Below, piece by piece: positions 1 through 10,714 of a stretch of DNA of 64,000 nt; position 1 is the stretch's first letter; each line of letters opens with the position of its first letter. The DNA is from an uncultured Flavobacteriaceae bacterium (GTDB lineage Bacteria > Pseudomonadota > Alphaproteobacteria > Micropepsales > Micropepsaceae). The stretch is taken from the NCBI GenBank assembly GCA_964494625.1, contig CAZBRT010000004.1:10578-74577 (forward strand), given 5' to 3'. Both the position numbers and the translations under genes were made by a program. Below the pieces are notes generated by a model. The model saw only the letters and a list, made by a program, of their open reading frames with translations, made no database searches and was not told the origin of the DNA.

Positions 1-253
1 GTCTTTCCGGCCTTCGTCCCCACACCTGTCCGCTTCACGCAAAACCTCGCCGTTGTCCGCCCGCACTTGCAGCCTGAATCTTCGATGTTTGGAGCGTAAG
101 GCCCGGCGCAAGGATTGCCAAGGCGTGAGGCTGCGCCCTGATCTTCCCACCTGTCTTCTGGGGACATCCGGCGAAAGGCTTGGAATTGTGCACATGCGCA
201 CTTAAGTTGCAGCCCCAACGCGCCCGGACCGGGGCGCCTCCGACAGGACAGCC

Positions 254-1156
254 ATGAGCAGCATAGCGGGCGATATTCGCGGCAGGATCAAGGGATCGCT
301 GACCGCCCTCATCACACCGTTCCGGGAGGGACGGGTGGATGATGCGGCGTTCAAGAAAATCGTGGAGCGCCAGATTGCTGAAGGAACGCACGGACTCATT
401 CCGGTGGGAACAACCGGCGAGTCGCCTACGCTGTCGCATGGCGAGCACATGCATGTGGTCGAGTTGTGCGTCCAGGTCGCGCGCGGGCGGGTGCCGGTGA
501 TCGCGGGGGCAGGGTCCAATTCAACAGCAGAAGCCATCCAGCTCACCCGCCACGCAAAATCAGCGGGCGCGGATGCTGCACTTGTGGTTGCGCCCTATTA
601 CAACAAGCCGACACAGGAAGGCCTGTTCCGGCACTACGAGGCGATTGCGTCGGCGGTTGACCTGCCGCTCATCGTCTACAATATTCCCGGCCGCAGCGTT
701 GTTGATATCTCGGTCGATACGATGGCGCGCATCTCGGCTCTGCCGAATGTGATCGGCGTCAAGGACGCGACGGGCAATCTCGCGCGGCCGAGCCAGCAGC
801 GTCTGGCCAGCGGGAACGATTTCATCCAGCTGTCGGGTGAGGATGGCACGGCGCTTGGCTTCAACGCCCATGGCGGACGCGGGTGCATTTCGGTCACGTC
901 AAATCTGGCGCCAAGGCTGTGCGCGGACTTCCAGAATGCGACGCTCAAAGGTGATTACGCCGCAGCGCTTGTGATCCAGGACCGGCTGATGCCGCTTCAT
1001 GACGCGCTTTTCTGCGAGGCGTCGCCGGGGCCGGTGAAGTACGGTGCGAGCCTTCTGGGGCTTTGTGCGCCCGATACGCGCTTGCCGCTTGTTGAAATCC
1101 ACGAGACGAGCAAGGCCAAAGTGCGCGTGGCGATGGAGAAGGCGGGCCTCCTCTGA
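254..1156 (+). CDS. dapA: 4-hydroxy-tetrahydrodipicolinate synthase
   Basis: 300-aa ORF. TALITPF...[15 protein letters not shown] and the overall layout are typical of DapA-family class I aldolases. Confidence 0.95.
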   Translation: MSSIAGDIRGRIKGSLTALITPFREGRVDDAAFKKIVERQIAEGTHGLIPVGTTGESPTLSHGEHMHVVELCVQVARGRVPVIAGAGSNSTAEAIQLTRHAKSAGADAALVVAPYYNKPTQEGLFRHYEAIASAVDLPLIVYNIPGRSVVDISVDTMARISALPNVIGVKDATGNLARPSQQRLASGNDFIQLSGEDGTALGFNAHGGRGCISVTSNLAPRLCADFQNATLKGDYAAALVIQDRLMPLHDALFCEASPGPVKYGASLLGLCAPDTRLPLVEIHETSKAKVRVAMEKAGLL

Positions 1157-1168
1157 GGCCACAAGGAT

Positions 1169-1654
1169 ATGGCAAAGAAAAAGGACGACGAACGCGCGAT
1201 CAAGATCGTCGCCGAGAACCGCAAGGCGCGGTTCAACTATGAGCTTCACGATTCCGTAGAGGCTGGCCTTGTCCTGACCGGGACCGAGGTCAAGTCGCTG
1301 CGCATGGGCAAGTCGCAGATCGCGGAAGCCTATGCCCAGATCAAGGATGGCGAAGCCTTCCTCATCAACGCGCATATCGAAGAATTCAGCCACGGCAACC
1401 GCTTCAATCACGAGCCGCGGCGGCCGCGCAAATTGCTGATGCATTGGCGCCAGATCGCGAAATTCGCGCAAGGTGTCGAGCGTGAAGGCATGACGCTCAT
1501 TCCCTTGCGCCTCTATTTTGACGAGAAGGGCCGCGCGAAAATCCAGTTGACGCTGGGGCGCGGCAAGAAACTCCATGACAAGCGCAGCTCGATCAAGGAG
1601 CGGGACTGGAACCGCCAGAAGGCACGCGTGATGCGCACGCAAGGCAGGGACTGA
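1169..1654 (+). CDS. smpB: SsrA-binding protein SmpB
   Basis: 161 aa. [12 protein letters not shown]...[13 protein letters not shown] and the basic C-terminal tail are SmpB hallmarks. Confidence 0.95.
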   Translation: MAKKKDDERAIKIVAENRKARFNYELHDSVEAGLVLTGTEVKSLRMGKSQIAEAYAQIKDGEAFLINAHIEEFSHGNRFNHEPRRPRKLLMHWRQIAKFAQGVEREGMTLIPLRLYFDEKGRAKIQLTLGRGKKLHDKRSSIKERDWNRQKARVMRTQGRD

Positions 1655-2334
1655 TGACGGGTACTGGCGACGACGAAGGCCGCATCAAGGACAAGCTGAT
1701 CGCGACCAAGGAAAAATGGGCCAAGGACGGCCGCCTTCTGACCGGCGCGCCGGACCAGCAGCGCGCCTCTCGTCTGCCGCCGGGCCAGCGCGAAGTCAAG
1801 AACTGGCCGGTTCTGGATCTGGGCGTCCAGCCAATGGTGACGCCCAAGCGCTTAAGGCTCGAGATTGCGGGGCTGGTTGCGCATCCGCAGACATTCACGC
1901 TTGAGGCCTTCATGGCATTGCCGCAAAGCGACATGGTGTCAGACATCCACTGCGTCACCCAATGGAGCCGGTACAACAACAGGTGGCGGGGCGTGTCGGC
2001 GGCGACCTTGCTTGATCTCGTGCAGCCAAAGGCCGAAGCGCGCCATGTGCTGTTCACCGCCTTCGACGGCTACACGACCAATGTGAAGCTGGATGTGTTT
2101 GCCGGGCCAAACGTGATCCTTGCACACAGCTGGGAAGGTGAGCCGATCACGCGCGAGCATGGCGGCCCTGTGCGGGTTGTCATTCCCGACTGGTATTTCT
2201 GGAAGAGTGCGAAGTGGGTCAACCGCATCGAATTTGCGGCAGATGACAAGCCCGGCTTCTGGGAAGTACGCGGCTATCACAACGAGGGCGACCCGTGGGC
2301 CGAAGAGCGCTATGGCGAGGTCAAGTCCGGCTGA
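1654..2334 (+). CDS. sulfite-oxidase-like molybdopterin-binding oxidoreductase
   Basis: 226 aa. DIHCVTQWSR...GGPVRVVIPDWYFWKSAKWV resembles the Oxidored_molyb catalytic domain. The start overlaps the smpB stop. Confidence 0.8.
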   Translation: MTGTGDDEGRIKDKLIATKEKWAKDGRLLTGAPDQQRASRLPPGQREVKNWPVLDLGVQPMVTPKRLRLEIAGLVAHPQTFTLEAFMALPQSDMVSDIHCVTQWSRYNNRWRGVSAATLLDLVQPKAEARHVLFTAFDGYTTNVKLDVFAGPNVILAHSWEGEPITREHGGPVRVVIPDWYFWKSAKWVNRIEFAADDKPGFWEVRGYHNEGDPWAEERYGEVKSG

Positions 2335-2995
2335 TCGCGTCCAGTGCCGTCGCCATCGCCTTCTCGAACATCGCAACCGTCAGCACGCCCGTATTCGTGT
2401 TGTAGCGCGAGCAATGATAGGAATTGATCAGCACAAGGCCGGGCGCCAGCTGATGGCGCGCACCATGCGCAAAGCCGTGTGCTGAAAGGCGCAAGCCCCG
2501 CGCCCGCAAGACGGCGTCATGGGCGATCTTGCCAAGCGAGAGCACGGCGGCCAGTTGCGGCATCGCTGCGATCTCATCACGCAGGAACGGGTTGCAGGCG
2601 CGGATTTCGGTCGTGTCCGGCTTGTTCTCCGGCGGCACGCAGCGCACGGCATTGGTGATCCGCACATCGACAAGCGCCAGCCCGTCGTCGGTGCGCGCGC
2701 CATAGGTTCCGCGTGCGCCCCCCAGTTTGAGGAGCGTGGCATAGAGAAGGTCACCGGCATAGTCGCCCGTGAACGGCCTTCCCGTGCGGTTGGCGCCGTT
2801 CACGCCCGGCGCCAGCCCGGCAATCAGCAAACGCGCGTCGAGACTGCCGAAAGACGGCACGGGCGCGTTGTGCCAGCCGGGCTCTTCCGCGCGCAGTTCG
2901 GTGCGCCACGCGCAAAGGCGCGGGCACAACGCGCAGTCGCGGCCGGGCGCGAAGGGCGCGCCTCGTTCCCTTCGCGGGGCCTTAGAGAATGTCAT
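2321..2995 (-). CDS. uracil-DNA glycosylase, family 5 (UdgB-like)
   Basis: GLAPGVNGANRTGRPFTGDYAGDLLY motif. I trimmed the 290-aa ORF to the ATG at 2995 (MTFSKAP...), because the upstream part is Arg/Ala-rich read-through typical of high-GC DNA. Confidence 0.8.
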   Translation of the reverse strand: MTFSKAPRRERGAPFAPGRDCALCPRLCAWRTELRAEEPGWHNAPVPSFGSLDARLLIAGLAPGVNGANRTGRPFTGDYAGDLLYATLLKLGGARGTYGARTDDGLALVDVRITNAVRCVPPENKPDTTEIRACNPFLRDEIAAMPQLAAVLSLGKIAHDAVLRARGLRLSAHGFAHGARHQLAPGLVLINSYHCSRYNTNTGVLTVAMFEKAMATALDAISRT

Positions 2996-3650
2996 CAATC
3001 GGCGAAGGCGGTGGCGGCGTCTGTTCGGCGCGCGGTGCCGGGCGGCGATCGGGGCGCTCGGGTCGCTCTGGGCGCATCGGGCGGTCGGGGCGCTCGCCCG
3101 TGTCGCCTTCAGCACGTTGCAGCGGTGCGCGCTGGACCGCGGTCTGCAATGTCGCAAGCTCGATGAAGCTGTCGGCCTGTCGGCGCAGTTCATCCGCGAT
3201 CATCGGCGTTGGGGTACGCACGGTCGAGACGACCGAGGTGCGCTTTCCCTTGCGCTGGAGCGCTTCAATCAGGCGGCGGAAATCACCGTCGCCCGAGAAC
3301 AGGATGATGTGATCGACGTGATCGGCAATTTCCATCGCGTCAACGGCCAGTTCGACATCGATGTTTCCGCGCACGCGGCGGCGGCCCATGGCGTCGGTGT
3401 ATTCACGCTGCGGCTTGGTCACCATGGTGAAGCCGTTATAATCGAGCCAGTCGATCAGCGGGCGCAGCGGCGAGTATTCCTCGTTTTCCGGCAGGGCGGT
3501 GTAGTAGAAAGCGCGAACGAGTGTCCCGCGTTTGGAGAACTCGCCCAGAAGACGCTTGTAGTCGATGTCGAAACCCAGCGCCTTGGTGGTTCCATAGACG
3601 TTGGCGCCATCGATGAAGATTGCAATGCGCTCGTGCGCGTAGAATGTCAT
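2982..3650 (-). CDS. NYN/LabA-like domain protein with Pro/Arg/Glu-rich C-terminal tail
   Basis: IAIFIDGANVY...ILFSGDGDFRRLIEALQRKGKR is NYN (DUF88) like. Start set to the ATG at 3650 (MTFYAHE). Confidence 0.8.
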   Translation of the reverse strand: MTFYAHERIAIFIDGANVYGTTKALGFDIDYKRLLGEFSKRGTLVRAFYYTALPENEEYSPLRPLIDWLDYNGFTMVTKPQREYTDAMGRRRVRGNIDVELAVDAMEIADHVDHIILFSGDGDFRRLIEALQRKGKRTSVVSTVRTPTPMIADELRRQADSFIELATLQTAVQRAPLQRAEGDTGERPDRPMRPERPERPDRRPAPRAEQTPPPPSPIDDIL

Positions 3651-3745
3651 GGCAATATGCTCGCGGAAAAATGAATGTGAACCGCAGCCGCGCGGTGTTC
3701 GGCTCCTATAGGGTTTTCTTGTCCGTTTGAGAAGGGCATGCATCG

Positions 3746-4279
3746 TTGTTGATCCATCATGTCCTCCTGGGCCTTGGGGCCAATCTGGCGTCCCACGCAG
3801 GGCCGCCCGAAGCGACGCTGGGAGCAGCCCTTATTGCCATCGCAGAGGTCGCAGGGCCGGTCGTTGCCTGTTCCAGCCTCTATCGCAGCCCGGCGTGGCC
3901 CGATCCGGCAGACCCCGCCTATGTCAACCTGGTTGCAGTGATTGCGACGGGTGAAGCACCGGCTGCACTGCTCCCGATCCTGCGGTCAGTCGAATCAGCT
4001 TTCGGGCGGAAACCCAGTCCCCGAAACGCGCCGCGCCCGCTTGATATCGACATCATCGACCACGGGGGGCTTGTGATGGACACACCGACGCTTGTCCTGC
4101 CCCATCCGAGGTTGAAGAACAGGGCCTTTGTCCTTGTCCCGCTTGCGGAAATCATGCCAGCTTGGCGGCATCCAGGAACCGGCGAGAAGGTGGGGGATCT
4201 TCTGGCTTCCCTGCCGGTGGGCGATGTGCAGAAGACCGTGCTGATCGGGCCGAGGCCAATCTTGGGAAAGTCGTCCTGA
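3746..4279 (+). CDS. folK: 2-amino-4-hydroxy-6-hydroxymethyldihydropteridine diphosphokinase
   Basis: LGLGANL..., RPLDIDIIDHG and LVLPHPRLKNRAFVLVPLAEI are HPPK motifs. Confidence 0.9.
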   Translation: MLIHHVLLGLGANLASHAGPPEATLGAALIAIAEVAGPVVACSSLYRSPAWPDPADPAYVNLVAVIATGEAPAALLPILRSVESAFGRKPSPRNAPRPLDIDIIDHGGLVMDTPTLVLPHPRLKNRAFVLVPLAEIMPAWRHPGTGEKVGDLLASLPVGDVQKTVLIGPRPILGKSS

Positions 4280-4373
4280 AAACCCGCAAATCGTCAGGCT
4301 GGTCGGGGTTGTGCGCCGCAACAAGTTCCTGTATTCCTTGCGGTTCACACTCATCCTGAAGGGTGCATGACGC

Positions 4374-4763
4374 ATGGCGCGCGTAACCGTTGAAGACTGC
4401 GTGGACAAGATTTCCAACCGCTTCGAGCTCGTCCTTCTGGCGGCGCAACGTGCGCGCGCGCTTGCGGGTGGCGCACCGATGACGGTTGAGCGCGACAACG
4501 ACAAGAACCCGGTCGTGGCACTGCGCGAAATCGCGGCCGTCACCATGTCGCACGAGACGCTGAAGGCGGAGATGATCCGCAGCCTGCAGCGCCACAGCGC
4601 GCTTGAGGACGTGCCGGTTGCCGCTGCCTCGGCCATCACCGAAGCCGAAGACGTGCCGGAAGACAGCAAGGTCTCCGAGGAAGATTACCTGCGCTCGGTC
4701 ACCGAGCAGCCGCCCGAGCGGCAGGCCGAACCCGATGACGAAGCCTATGAGGCCGACGTCTGA
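4374..4763 (+). CDS. rpoZ: DNA-directed RNA polymerase subunit omega
   Basis: [29 protein letters not shown]-terminus. Lies upstream of spoT, as is usual. Confidence 0.95.
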   Translation: MARVTVEDCVDKISNRFELVLLAAQRARALAGGAPMTVERDNDKNPVVALREIAAVTMSHETLKAEMIRSLQRHSALEDVPVAAASAITEAEDVPEDSKVSEEDYLRSVTEQPPERQAEPDDEAYEADV

Positions 4764-4841
4764 GGCGGGCGGAACCCGCCTTCAAGGGCCGGCGTTTTCC
4801 GGATTGCGCAAGGCCGCCATGTTGGCGGGTGGAGCCGCACC

Positions 4842-6980
4842 ATGATGCGGCAATATGAACTTGTCGAACGCGTGCGGAGTTACGACCGCAATGCGGACGA
4901 AGCGCTCCTGAACCGCGCCTATGTTTTTGCAATGCGCGCCCATGGCGCCCAGACGCGCGCGTCGGGCGATCCCTATTTCTCGCATCCGCTCGAAGTCGCA
5001 GCCATCCTGACCGAGCTGCGGCTCGATTCCGCGACCATTGCGACCGCGCTCCTCCACGATACGCTGGAGGACACGGAGGCGACCTACGAGGAAATCGAGA
5101 CCCAGTTCGGCGCTGAAATTGCAGCTCTTGTCGATGGCGTCACCAAGCTGACCAAGCTTGAGTTGCAGTCGGAACGCACGAAGGACGCCGAGAATTTCCG
5201 CAAGTTCCTGCTGGCGATGTCGAACGACATCAGGGTGCTTCTGGTCAAGCTCGCCGACCGGCTGCACAACATGCGGACGCTGCACCACATCGGCAAGCAC
5301 GAGCGCCGCCTCAGGATCGCCCACGAGACCATGGAAATCTATGCGCCGCTGGCGGGACGCATGGGCATGCACGAACTGCGTGAGGAACTTGAAGACCTGT
5401 CGTTTGGCGAAATGAACCGCGACGCGCGCGACAGTATCGTGCGGCGGCTTGATTTCCTGAAGGCCGAGAGCGGTGGCCGCGTCGAGCGCATCATCGGCGA
5501 ACTGAAGCAGGTCCTGGTCCGCGAGGGTATCGAGGCGTCGGTGACGGGCCGCATGAAGCGGCCATACTCCATCTGGAAAAAGATGGAGGAAAAGGCAATT
5601 TCGTTCGAGCAGCTTTCCGACATTTACGGCTTCCGCATTGTCGTCGGTGACGAACCCGAGTGCTATCAGGTTCTGGGCGTGCTGCACCGGCGCTGGCAGC
5701 TCGTGCCGGGGCGCTTCAAGGATTACATCTCGCTGCCCAAGCCGAACGGCTACCAGTCGATCCATACGACCATCATCGGACCCGAAAAGAGCCGCGTCGA
5801 AGTGCAGATCCGCACCCGACAGCTTGACGACATCGCCGAGCGCGGGATTGCCGCCCATTGGTCCTACAAGGACAAGCTGGCGCTTCACGGCAAGGTGCAG
5901 GACCCTTATGCGTGGCTGCGCTCCATCGTCGAGATGATCGAGCATGGCGACACGCCGGAAGATTTCCTTGAGAACACGAAGCTGGAACTGTTCCAGGATC
6001 AGGTCTTCTGCTTCACCCCCAAGGGGGAATTGATCCCCTTGCCGCGCGGCGCGACACCCATCGACTTTGCCTATGCCGTGCATACCGACCTTGGCAATAC
6101 GGCGGTGGGCGCGCGCGTGAACGGGCGCGAAGTTGCCCTGCGCACTGAATTGCGCAATGGCGATGAGGTCGAGATCAAGCGTTCGAAGAGCCAGACGCCC
6201 CAGCCGGTGTGGGAAGGCATGGTCATCACCGGCAAGGCGCGCTCGGCGATCAAGCGGTTCATCCGCAACCAGCATCGCGTCGAATTGGTGAAACTTGGCC
6301 ATGCCATCGCTGAACGGGCCTTTGCGGATGTGGGCCAGGAATTCACCGAGAAGGCCATCGACGGTCTGTTGCGCCGCCTCAAACTCGCACGCACGGATGA
6401 AGTCTATGCGATGGTCGGGCAGGGCACGCTGACGCCGACCGATCTCATCGAGATGGTGTTTCCGGGCCTTGTGCCGCCGTCATCGGCGCTGCCGATGCAA
6501 TTGCAGTCGGATCCGGCGCGCAAAGCCGCTGGGGTTCCCATCAGGGGCCTGACGCCGGGCCTTGCCTATCACCTCGCCGATTGCTGCCACCCGCTGCCGG
6601 GAGACCGCATTGTGGGCATCATGGAGGCTGGGCGCGGCATCGTGGTTCATACGATTGACTGCGCCAATCTTGAGGAGTTCCACGACTCTGCGGAGCGCTG
6701 GATTGACCTTGGCTGGGAAGCGCATGCAACCGAAGGCGGCCCGGCCATCGGCCGCATCAAGGTCGAGTTGCGCAACGAGCCCGGTACGCTGGCGGCACTC
6801 TGCACCGCCATTGCGCGTGTCGGCGGCAATATCCACAATCTCAAGATTGCGGAACGCAACCCTGCCATCTTCACCATGGTCGTGGACATCGAAGTGAAAG
6901 ATGCAAAGCATCTGACCAACATCATGTCGGCGCTGCGCGCGTCACCTGTCGTGATGTCTGTTGATCGCCCGCACGAATAG
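4842..6980 (+). CDS. spoT: bifunctional (p)ppGpp synthetase/hydrolase (RelA/SpoT homolog)
   Basis: 712 aa. Contains an HD hydrolase region (HPLEVA...HD), a RelA/SpoT synthetase region (YQSIHTT), TGS and a C-terminal ACT-like domain. Confidence 0.95.
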   Translation: MMRQYELVERVRSYDRNADEALLNRAYVFAMRAHGAQTRASGDPYFSHPLEVAAILTELRLDSATIATALLHDTLEDTEATYEEIETQFGAEIAALVDGVTKLTKLELQSERTKDAENFRKFLLAMSNDIRVLLVKLADRLHNMRTLHHIGKHERRLRIAHETMEIYAPLAGRMGMHELREELEDLSFGEMNRDARDSIVRRLDFLKAESGGRVERIIGELKQVLVREGIEASVTGRMKRPYSIWKKMEEKAISFEQLSDIYGFRIVVGDEPECYQVLGVLHRRWQLVPGRFKDYISLPKPNGYQSIHTTIIGPEKSRVEVQIRTRQLDDIAERGIAAHWSYKDKLALHGKVQDPYAWLRSIVEMIEHGDTPEDFLENTKLELFQDQVFCFTPKGELIPLPRGATPIDFAYAVHTDLGNTAVGARVNGREVALRTELRNGDEVEIKRSKSQTPQPVWEGMVITGKARSAIKRFIRNQHRVELVKLGHAIAERAFADVGQEFTEKAIDGLLRRLKLARTDEVYAMVGQGTLTPTDLIEMVFPGLVPPSSALPMQLQSDPARKAAGVPIRGLTPGLAYHLADCCHPLPGDRIVGIMEAGRGIVVHTIDCANLEEFHDSAERWIDLGWEAHATEGGPAIGRIKVELRNEPGTLAALCTAIARVGGNIHNLKIAERNPAIFTMVVDIEVKDAKHLTNIMSALRASPVVMSVDRPHE

Positions 6981-6989
6981 GCACCACTC

Positions 6990-7769
6990 ATGAATGCATC
7001 TCGGCCTGTCCCCCCCGTGCCCCGGCTGGGCGTGAACATTGATCATGTTGCAACCATCCGGAATGCGCGCGGCGGTCGGCACCCTGACCCGGTGGCTGCT
7101 GCAAAAATTGCCGCTGAAGCAGGGGCCGACGGCATCACCGCCCATCTGCGCGAGGACAGGCGGCATATCGGCGACGAAGACATTGCGCGACTGATCAGCG
7201 AAGTCGGCCTGCCGCTCAATCTCGAAATGGCCGCGACCGATGAGATGCTGGCGATCGCGCTCAAGGCACGCCCCCATGCGGTGTGCATTGTGCCCGAGCG
7301 GCGCGAGGAAGTGACGACAGAAGGCGGACTTGATGCCGCGCGGTACCACAATCACCTTGCGCCGATGGTGCGGGTATTGCGGGAGGCGGGCATCATCGTC
7401 TCGCTTTTCATTGAAGCTGACGAGGCGCAGCTGCAGGCGGCGCGCAGCCTTTCTGCGCAAGTCGTCGAACTTCACACCGGGGCCTATTGCCATGCGGCGC
7501 TTGAAGGCGACGCCAGGGAGCGCGACCGGCTTCTGGAACGGCTGCGGCAGGGAGCGGCACTTGGCCAAAAGCTGGGTCTTGAGGTTCATGCGGGCCATGG
7601 CCTTACCTATGGCACCGTGCCGCCAGTCGCCGCCATTCCGGGCCTGGCGGAACTCAACATCGGCCACTTCCTGATCGGCGAAGCGATCTTTGACGGCCTG
7701 GCACCTTCCATCGCCAAGATGCGGGCGATCATCGAAAAGTCGGCGCGGGATGCGAGGGCGCGCGCATGA
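6990..7769 (+). CDS. pdxJ: pyridoxine 5'-phosphate synthase
   Basis: [16 protein letters not shown]...[11 protein letters not shown] and ELHTG motifs. Confidence 0.95.
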   Translation: MNASRPVPPVPRLGVNIDHVATIRNARGGRHPDPVAAAKIAAEAGADGITAHLREDRRHIGDEDIARLISEVGLPLNLEMAATDEMLAIALKARPHAVCIVPERREEVTTEGGLDAARYHNHLAPMVRVLREAGIIVSLFIEADEAQLQAARSLSAQVVELHTGAYCHAALEGDARERDRLLERLRQGAALGQKLGLEVHAGHGLTYGTVPPVAAIPGLAELNIGHFLIGEAIFDGLAPSIAKMRAIIEKSARDARARA

Positions 7770-8179
7770 TCCTTGGCATCGGCAGCGACCTTATCGACAT
7801 CCGCCGCATTGAGAAAACGCTTGAGCGTTATGGCGAGCGGTTCATCCAGCGGCTCTATACCGGCATCGAGCAATCGAAATCAGAAGGCCGCAAAAATCGA
7901 GCGGCGAGCTATGCCAAGCGCTTTGCCGCCAAAGAGGCCTGCGCAAAGGCCCTGGGCACGGGCTTTCGCCGCAGCGTGTTCTGGCGCGATCTGGGTGTGG
8001 TCAACCTGCCGGGCGGCAAGCCGTCTATGGTGCTGACCAATGGCGCGCTGCGGCGGTTGCGGGAAATCACGCCGCCGGGGCACGAAGCCGTGATCGACCT
8101 CACCATCACCGATGATTTTCCGCTGGCCCAGGCGATTGTCATCATTTCGGCACGGCCGGGCGGCACCACAACTGGTTAA
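7766..8179 (+). CDS. acpS: holo-[acyl-carrier-protein] synthase
   Basis: 137 aa. [16 protein letters not shown]...[18 protein letters not shown] overlap with pdxJ. Confidence 0.93.
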   Translation: MILGIGSDLIDIRRIEKTLERYGERFIQRLYTGIEQSKSEGRKNRAASYAKRFAAKEACAKALGTGFRRSVFWRDLGVVNLPGGKPSMVLTNGALRRLREITPPGHEAVIDLTITDDFPLAQAIVIISARPGGTTTG

Positions 8180-8201
8180 TGCAGGCACGCAGATTGCTGT
8201 A

Positions 8202-9119
8202 ATGTCCCCTACAGGGACAGGAACGATGACGCCCGAGGATCAAACGAGCACCACCCCCATGGATATCGCGCCCCCCCAAGCCGAGATGAGCCGCACGGCA
8301 CCAGCCGCGCCGCCGGCTGAAAGCATGGGCGAAAGCGTGACCGAAGGAGTGACCGCGCCGATTGCCGCCAGGCCGACAAAGGCTCTGACCTCGCAGGAAA
8401 CCTTCATCGGCGAAGTAGTGCGCACAATCATCTACGCGCTCGCTATCGTCTTTTTCGTGCGCACGTTCCTCTACCAGCCCTTCGTCATCCCGTCGGGTTC
8501 GATGCGCGGCACGCTGCTCGAAGGCGATTACATCCTCGTCAACAAATTCGCCTATGGCTATTCGCGCTTCAGCATTCCGTTCAGCCCCCATCTGTTCGAT
8601 GGCCGGATCATGGGCAGCGAACCGGTGCGCGGCGATGTCGTTGTCTTCCGCCCGCCGGGCATGCCTTCCACCGATTATGTGAAGCGGATTGTCGGCCTGC
8701 CGGGAGACCGCATCCAGATGAAGGATGGCGTGCTCCACATCAATGGGGCACCGGTCGGGATGGCGCAAATCGCCGACCTTGCCATTGCTGATGGTCGCGG
8801 CGGCAACGTGACGTACAACCGTTTTGTCGAGACGCTGCCCAACGGCATCGCCCACGAGGTCCTTTCCGACGTGACGCGGTCGAGCGCCGACAATACGCCC
8901 GAATACACCGTACCAGCCGACCAGTATTTCATGATGGGTGACAATCGCGACGGCTCGCGTGACAGCCGCTTTACCGAAGTCGGATTCATTCCGTTCGAGA
9001 ACATCGTCGGCCGCGTCGAAAACATCTTCTTCTCGGCGGATGGCAGCGCTGCCTTCTGGGAAATCTGGCAGTGGCCGATGGCCATCCGGTATGACCGCAT
9101 GTTCACGGCGGTCCGCTGA
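8202..9119 (+). CDS. lepB: signal peptidase I
   Basis: IPSGSMRGTLLEGDYILVNK, VKRIVGLPGD and YFMMGDNRDGSRDSR boxes. The start is uncertain; 8202 and 8226 are both possible. Confidence 0.92.
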   Translation: MSPTGTGTMTPEDQTSTTPMDIAPPQAEMSRTAPAAPPAESMGESVTEGVTAPIAARPTKALTSQETFIGEVVRTIIYALAIVFFVRTFLYQPFVIPSGSMRGTLLEGDYILVNKFAYGYSRFSIPFSPHLFDGRIMGSEPVRGDVVVFRPPGMPSTDYVKRIVGLPGDRIQMKDGVLHINGAPVGMAQIADLAIADGRGGNVTYNRFVETLPNGIAHEVLSDVTRSSADNTPEYTVPADQYFMMGDNRDGSRDSRFTEVGFIPFENIVGRVENIFFSADGSAAFWEIWQWPMAIRYDRMFTAVR

Positions 9120-9121
9120 GC

Positions 9122-9808
9122 ATGGCTGGCCGAGACGAGGCGCTGCAGACGCGTGCGGGATACCGTTTCCGGGATACGGCGCTTCTGGCACTTGCGTTGA
9201 CGCATTCGAGCGCAGAGGCAGGCCAGTCAAACGAGCGGCTTGAGTTTCTGGGCGACCGGGTGCTGGGCCTCGTCATTGCCGCGCACCTGCATGACATTTT
9301 CCCCGACACGGATGAAGGCGGCTTGTCGCTCCGGTTCAACGCGCTGGTCCGCAAAGAGGCGTGCGCGGAAGTTGGTCGCGCGCTCGATCTTGATGCGGCA
9401 ATCCACGTGGCCTCCGGCGAGGCGCGCGCGAGCATCACTGCCTCCATGATTGCGGATGCGACGGAAGCGCTGATCGGCGCGATTTTTCTCGATGGCGGCT
9501 ACAAGGCCGCGCGCGACTTTGTGCTGACCCATTGGCAGGCGCAGTTTCACAGACCCGTCACCTCTGGCCAGGATGCCAAGACGCGGCTTCAGGAATGGGC
9601 GCAAGGGCGCGGACGCGGAACCGTTCTTCCACTCTATCGCGAAATCGGCCGCGAGGGTCTTGACCATGCGCCGGTCTTCCGGGTCGAAGTCTCGCTGGAA
9701 GGCCAGTCCGCCACGGGCGAGGGGCCGTCAAAAAGGCAGGCCGAGCAGGCGGCCGCACAAAAGCTGCTTGTTAAACTCGGTCAATCCGGGTCAAACACGC
9801 CTGCATGA
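9122..9808 (+). CDS. rnc: ribonuclease III
   Basis: NERLEFLGDRVLGLV signature plus a C-terminal dsRBD (SKRQAEQAAAQKLL). Confidence 0.95.
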   Translation: MAGRDEALQTRAGYRFRDTALLALALTHSSAEAGQSNERLEFLGDRVLGLVIAAHLHDIFPDTDEGGLSLRFNALVRKEACAEVGRALDLDAAIHVASGEARASITASMIADATEALIGAIFLDGGYKAARDFVLTHWQAQFHRPVTSGQDAKTRLQEWAQGRGRGTVLPLYREIGREGLDHAPVFRVEVSLEGQSATGEGPSKRQAEQAAAQKLLVKLGQSGSNTPA

Positions 9809-10710
9809 GCCAGGAAACCCGAAAGACCCGTTTTGGTGTTGCCGCCGTCATCGGCGCACCTAACGCGGGCAAGTCCACGCTGGTCAACGCAATGACCGGC
9901 GCGAAGGTCACGATTGTCTCGCGAAAGGTGCAGACGACACGCATGCGCGTGCGCGGTGTGATGATGCAGGGCGACGCGCAAATCGTTCTGGTCGATACGC
10001 CGGGGATATTCGCGCCCAAGCGCCGGCTCGACAAAGCCATGGTGCGCGCCGCCTGGGGCAGCCTTGAGGACGCCGACGCCACGCTTCTGGTGGTGGATTC
10101 ATCGCTCTCATCCATCGAGGACGCGCTGGCGCTGGCGGGCAATATCCCGGCCGGCCGCGATCATGTGGCGCTTGTCCTCAACAAGACGGACCTTGCGCCC
10201 AAGGAGCGGCTGCTCGACTACGCGACGCGCCTTAATGCCGTGCGCGCATTCGAAAAAACCTTCATGATCTCGGCGGAGAAAGGTGGTGGCGTCGGTGATG
10301 TTGCCGATTGGCTGGCGGCACAGGCCAAGCCGGGTCCGTGGCACTATCCGGAGGATCAGGCGGGCGACTTGCCCGCGCGCCTCCTCGCGGCGGAGATCAC
10401 GCGCGAGCACGTCTTCGACCGGCTGCACGACGAACTGCCCTATGAGTCCCATGTGGTGACGACTTCGTGGCAGACGCGCAAGGACGGGTCGGTGCGCGTC
10501 GAACAGACAATCCTTGTGGCGCGCGACAGCCAGAAGGGCATTGCCATCGGCAAAGGCGGCCAGACGCTGAAGGCCATCGGTCAGGCGGCCCGCCATGACA
10601 TGGAGGAGGGACTGGGCACAAAAGTTCACCTCTTCCTCAATGTGAAGGTCGATGCGAACTGGTCCCAGTCGAAAGAGATTTTTGGCGAATTGGGCCTCGA
10701 GTGGGAGTGA
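9805..10710 (+). CDS. era: GTPase Era
   Basis: GAPNAGKST, DTPG and NKTD G-motifs plus a KH domain (IAIGKGGQTLK). Confidence 0.95.
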   Translation: MSQETRKTRFGVAAVIGAPNAGKSTLVNAMTGAKVTIVSRKVQTTRMRVRGVMMQGDAQIVLVDTPGIFAPKRRLDKAMVRAAWGSLEDADATLLVVDSSLSSIEDALALAGNIPAGRDHVALVLNKTDLAPKERLLDYATRLNAVRAFEKTFMISAEKGGGVGDVADWLAAQAKPGPWHYPEDQAGDLPARLLAAEITREHVFDRLHDELPYESHVVTTSWQTRKDGSVRVEQTILVARDSQKGIAIGKGGQTLKAIGQAARHDMEEGLGTKVHLFLNVKVDANWSQSKEIFGELGLEWE

Positions 10711-10714
10711 CCGC

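Noticed and set aside
2982-3110. Imperfect tandem repeats in DNA encoding RPDRPMRPERPERPDRRP at the C-terminus of the NYN protein.
   Set aside because: This is a low-complexity Pro/Arg/Glu tail in a high-GC gene. It is short and imperfect, with no sign of a structured repeat element.
4782-6302. Long antisense and alternative-frame ORFs. Examples are 4782-6302(-), 12138-13271(-), 14918-16654(+), 16119-17213(+), 19439-20428(+), 23343-24218(-), 27020-28475(-), 28487-29443(-), 32236-33036(-), 40930-42597(-) and 45610-46362(-).
   Set aside because: Each lies opposite or out of frame to a gene with clear family motifs. Their translations are Arg/Ala/Gly/Pro/His-rich, which is typical of stop-codon-poor frames in high-GC DNA.
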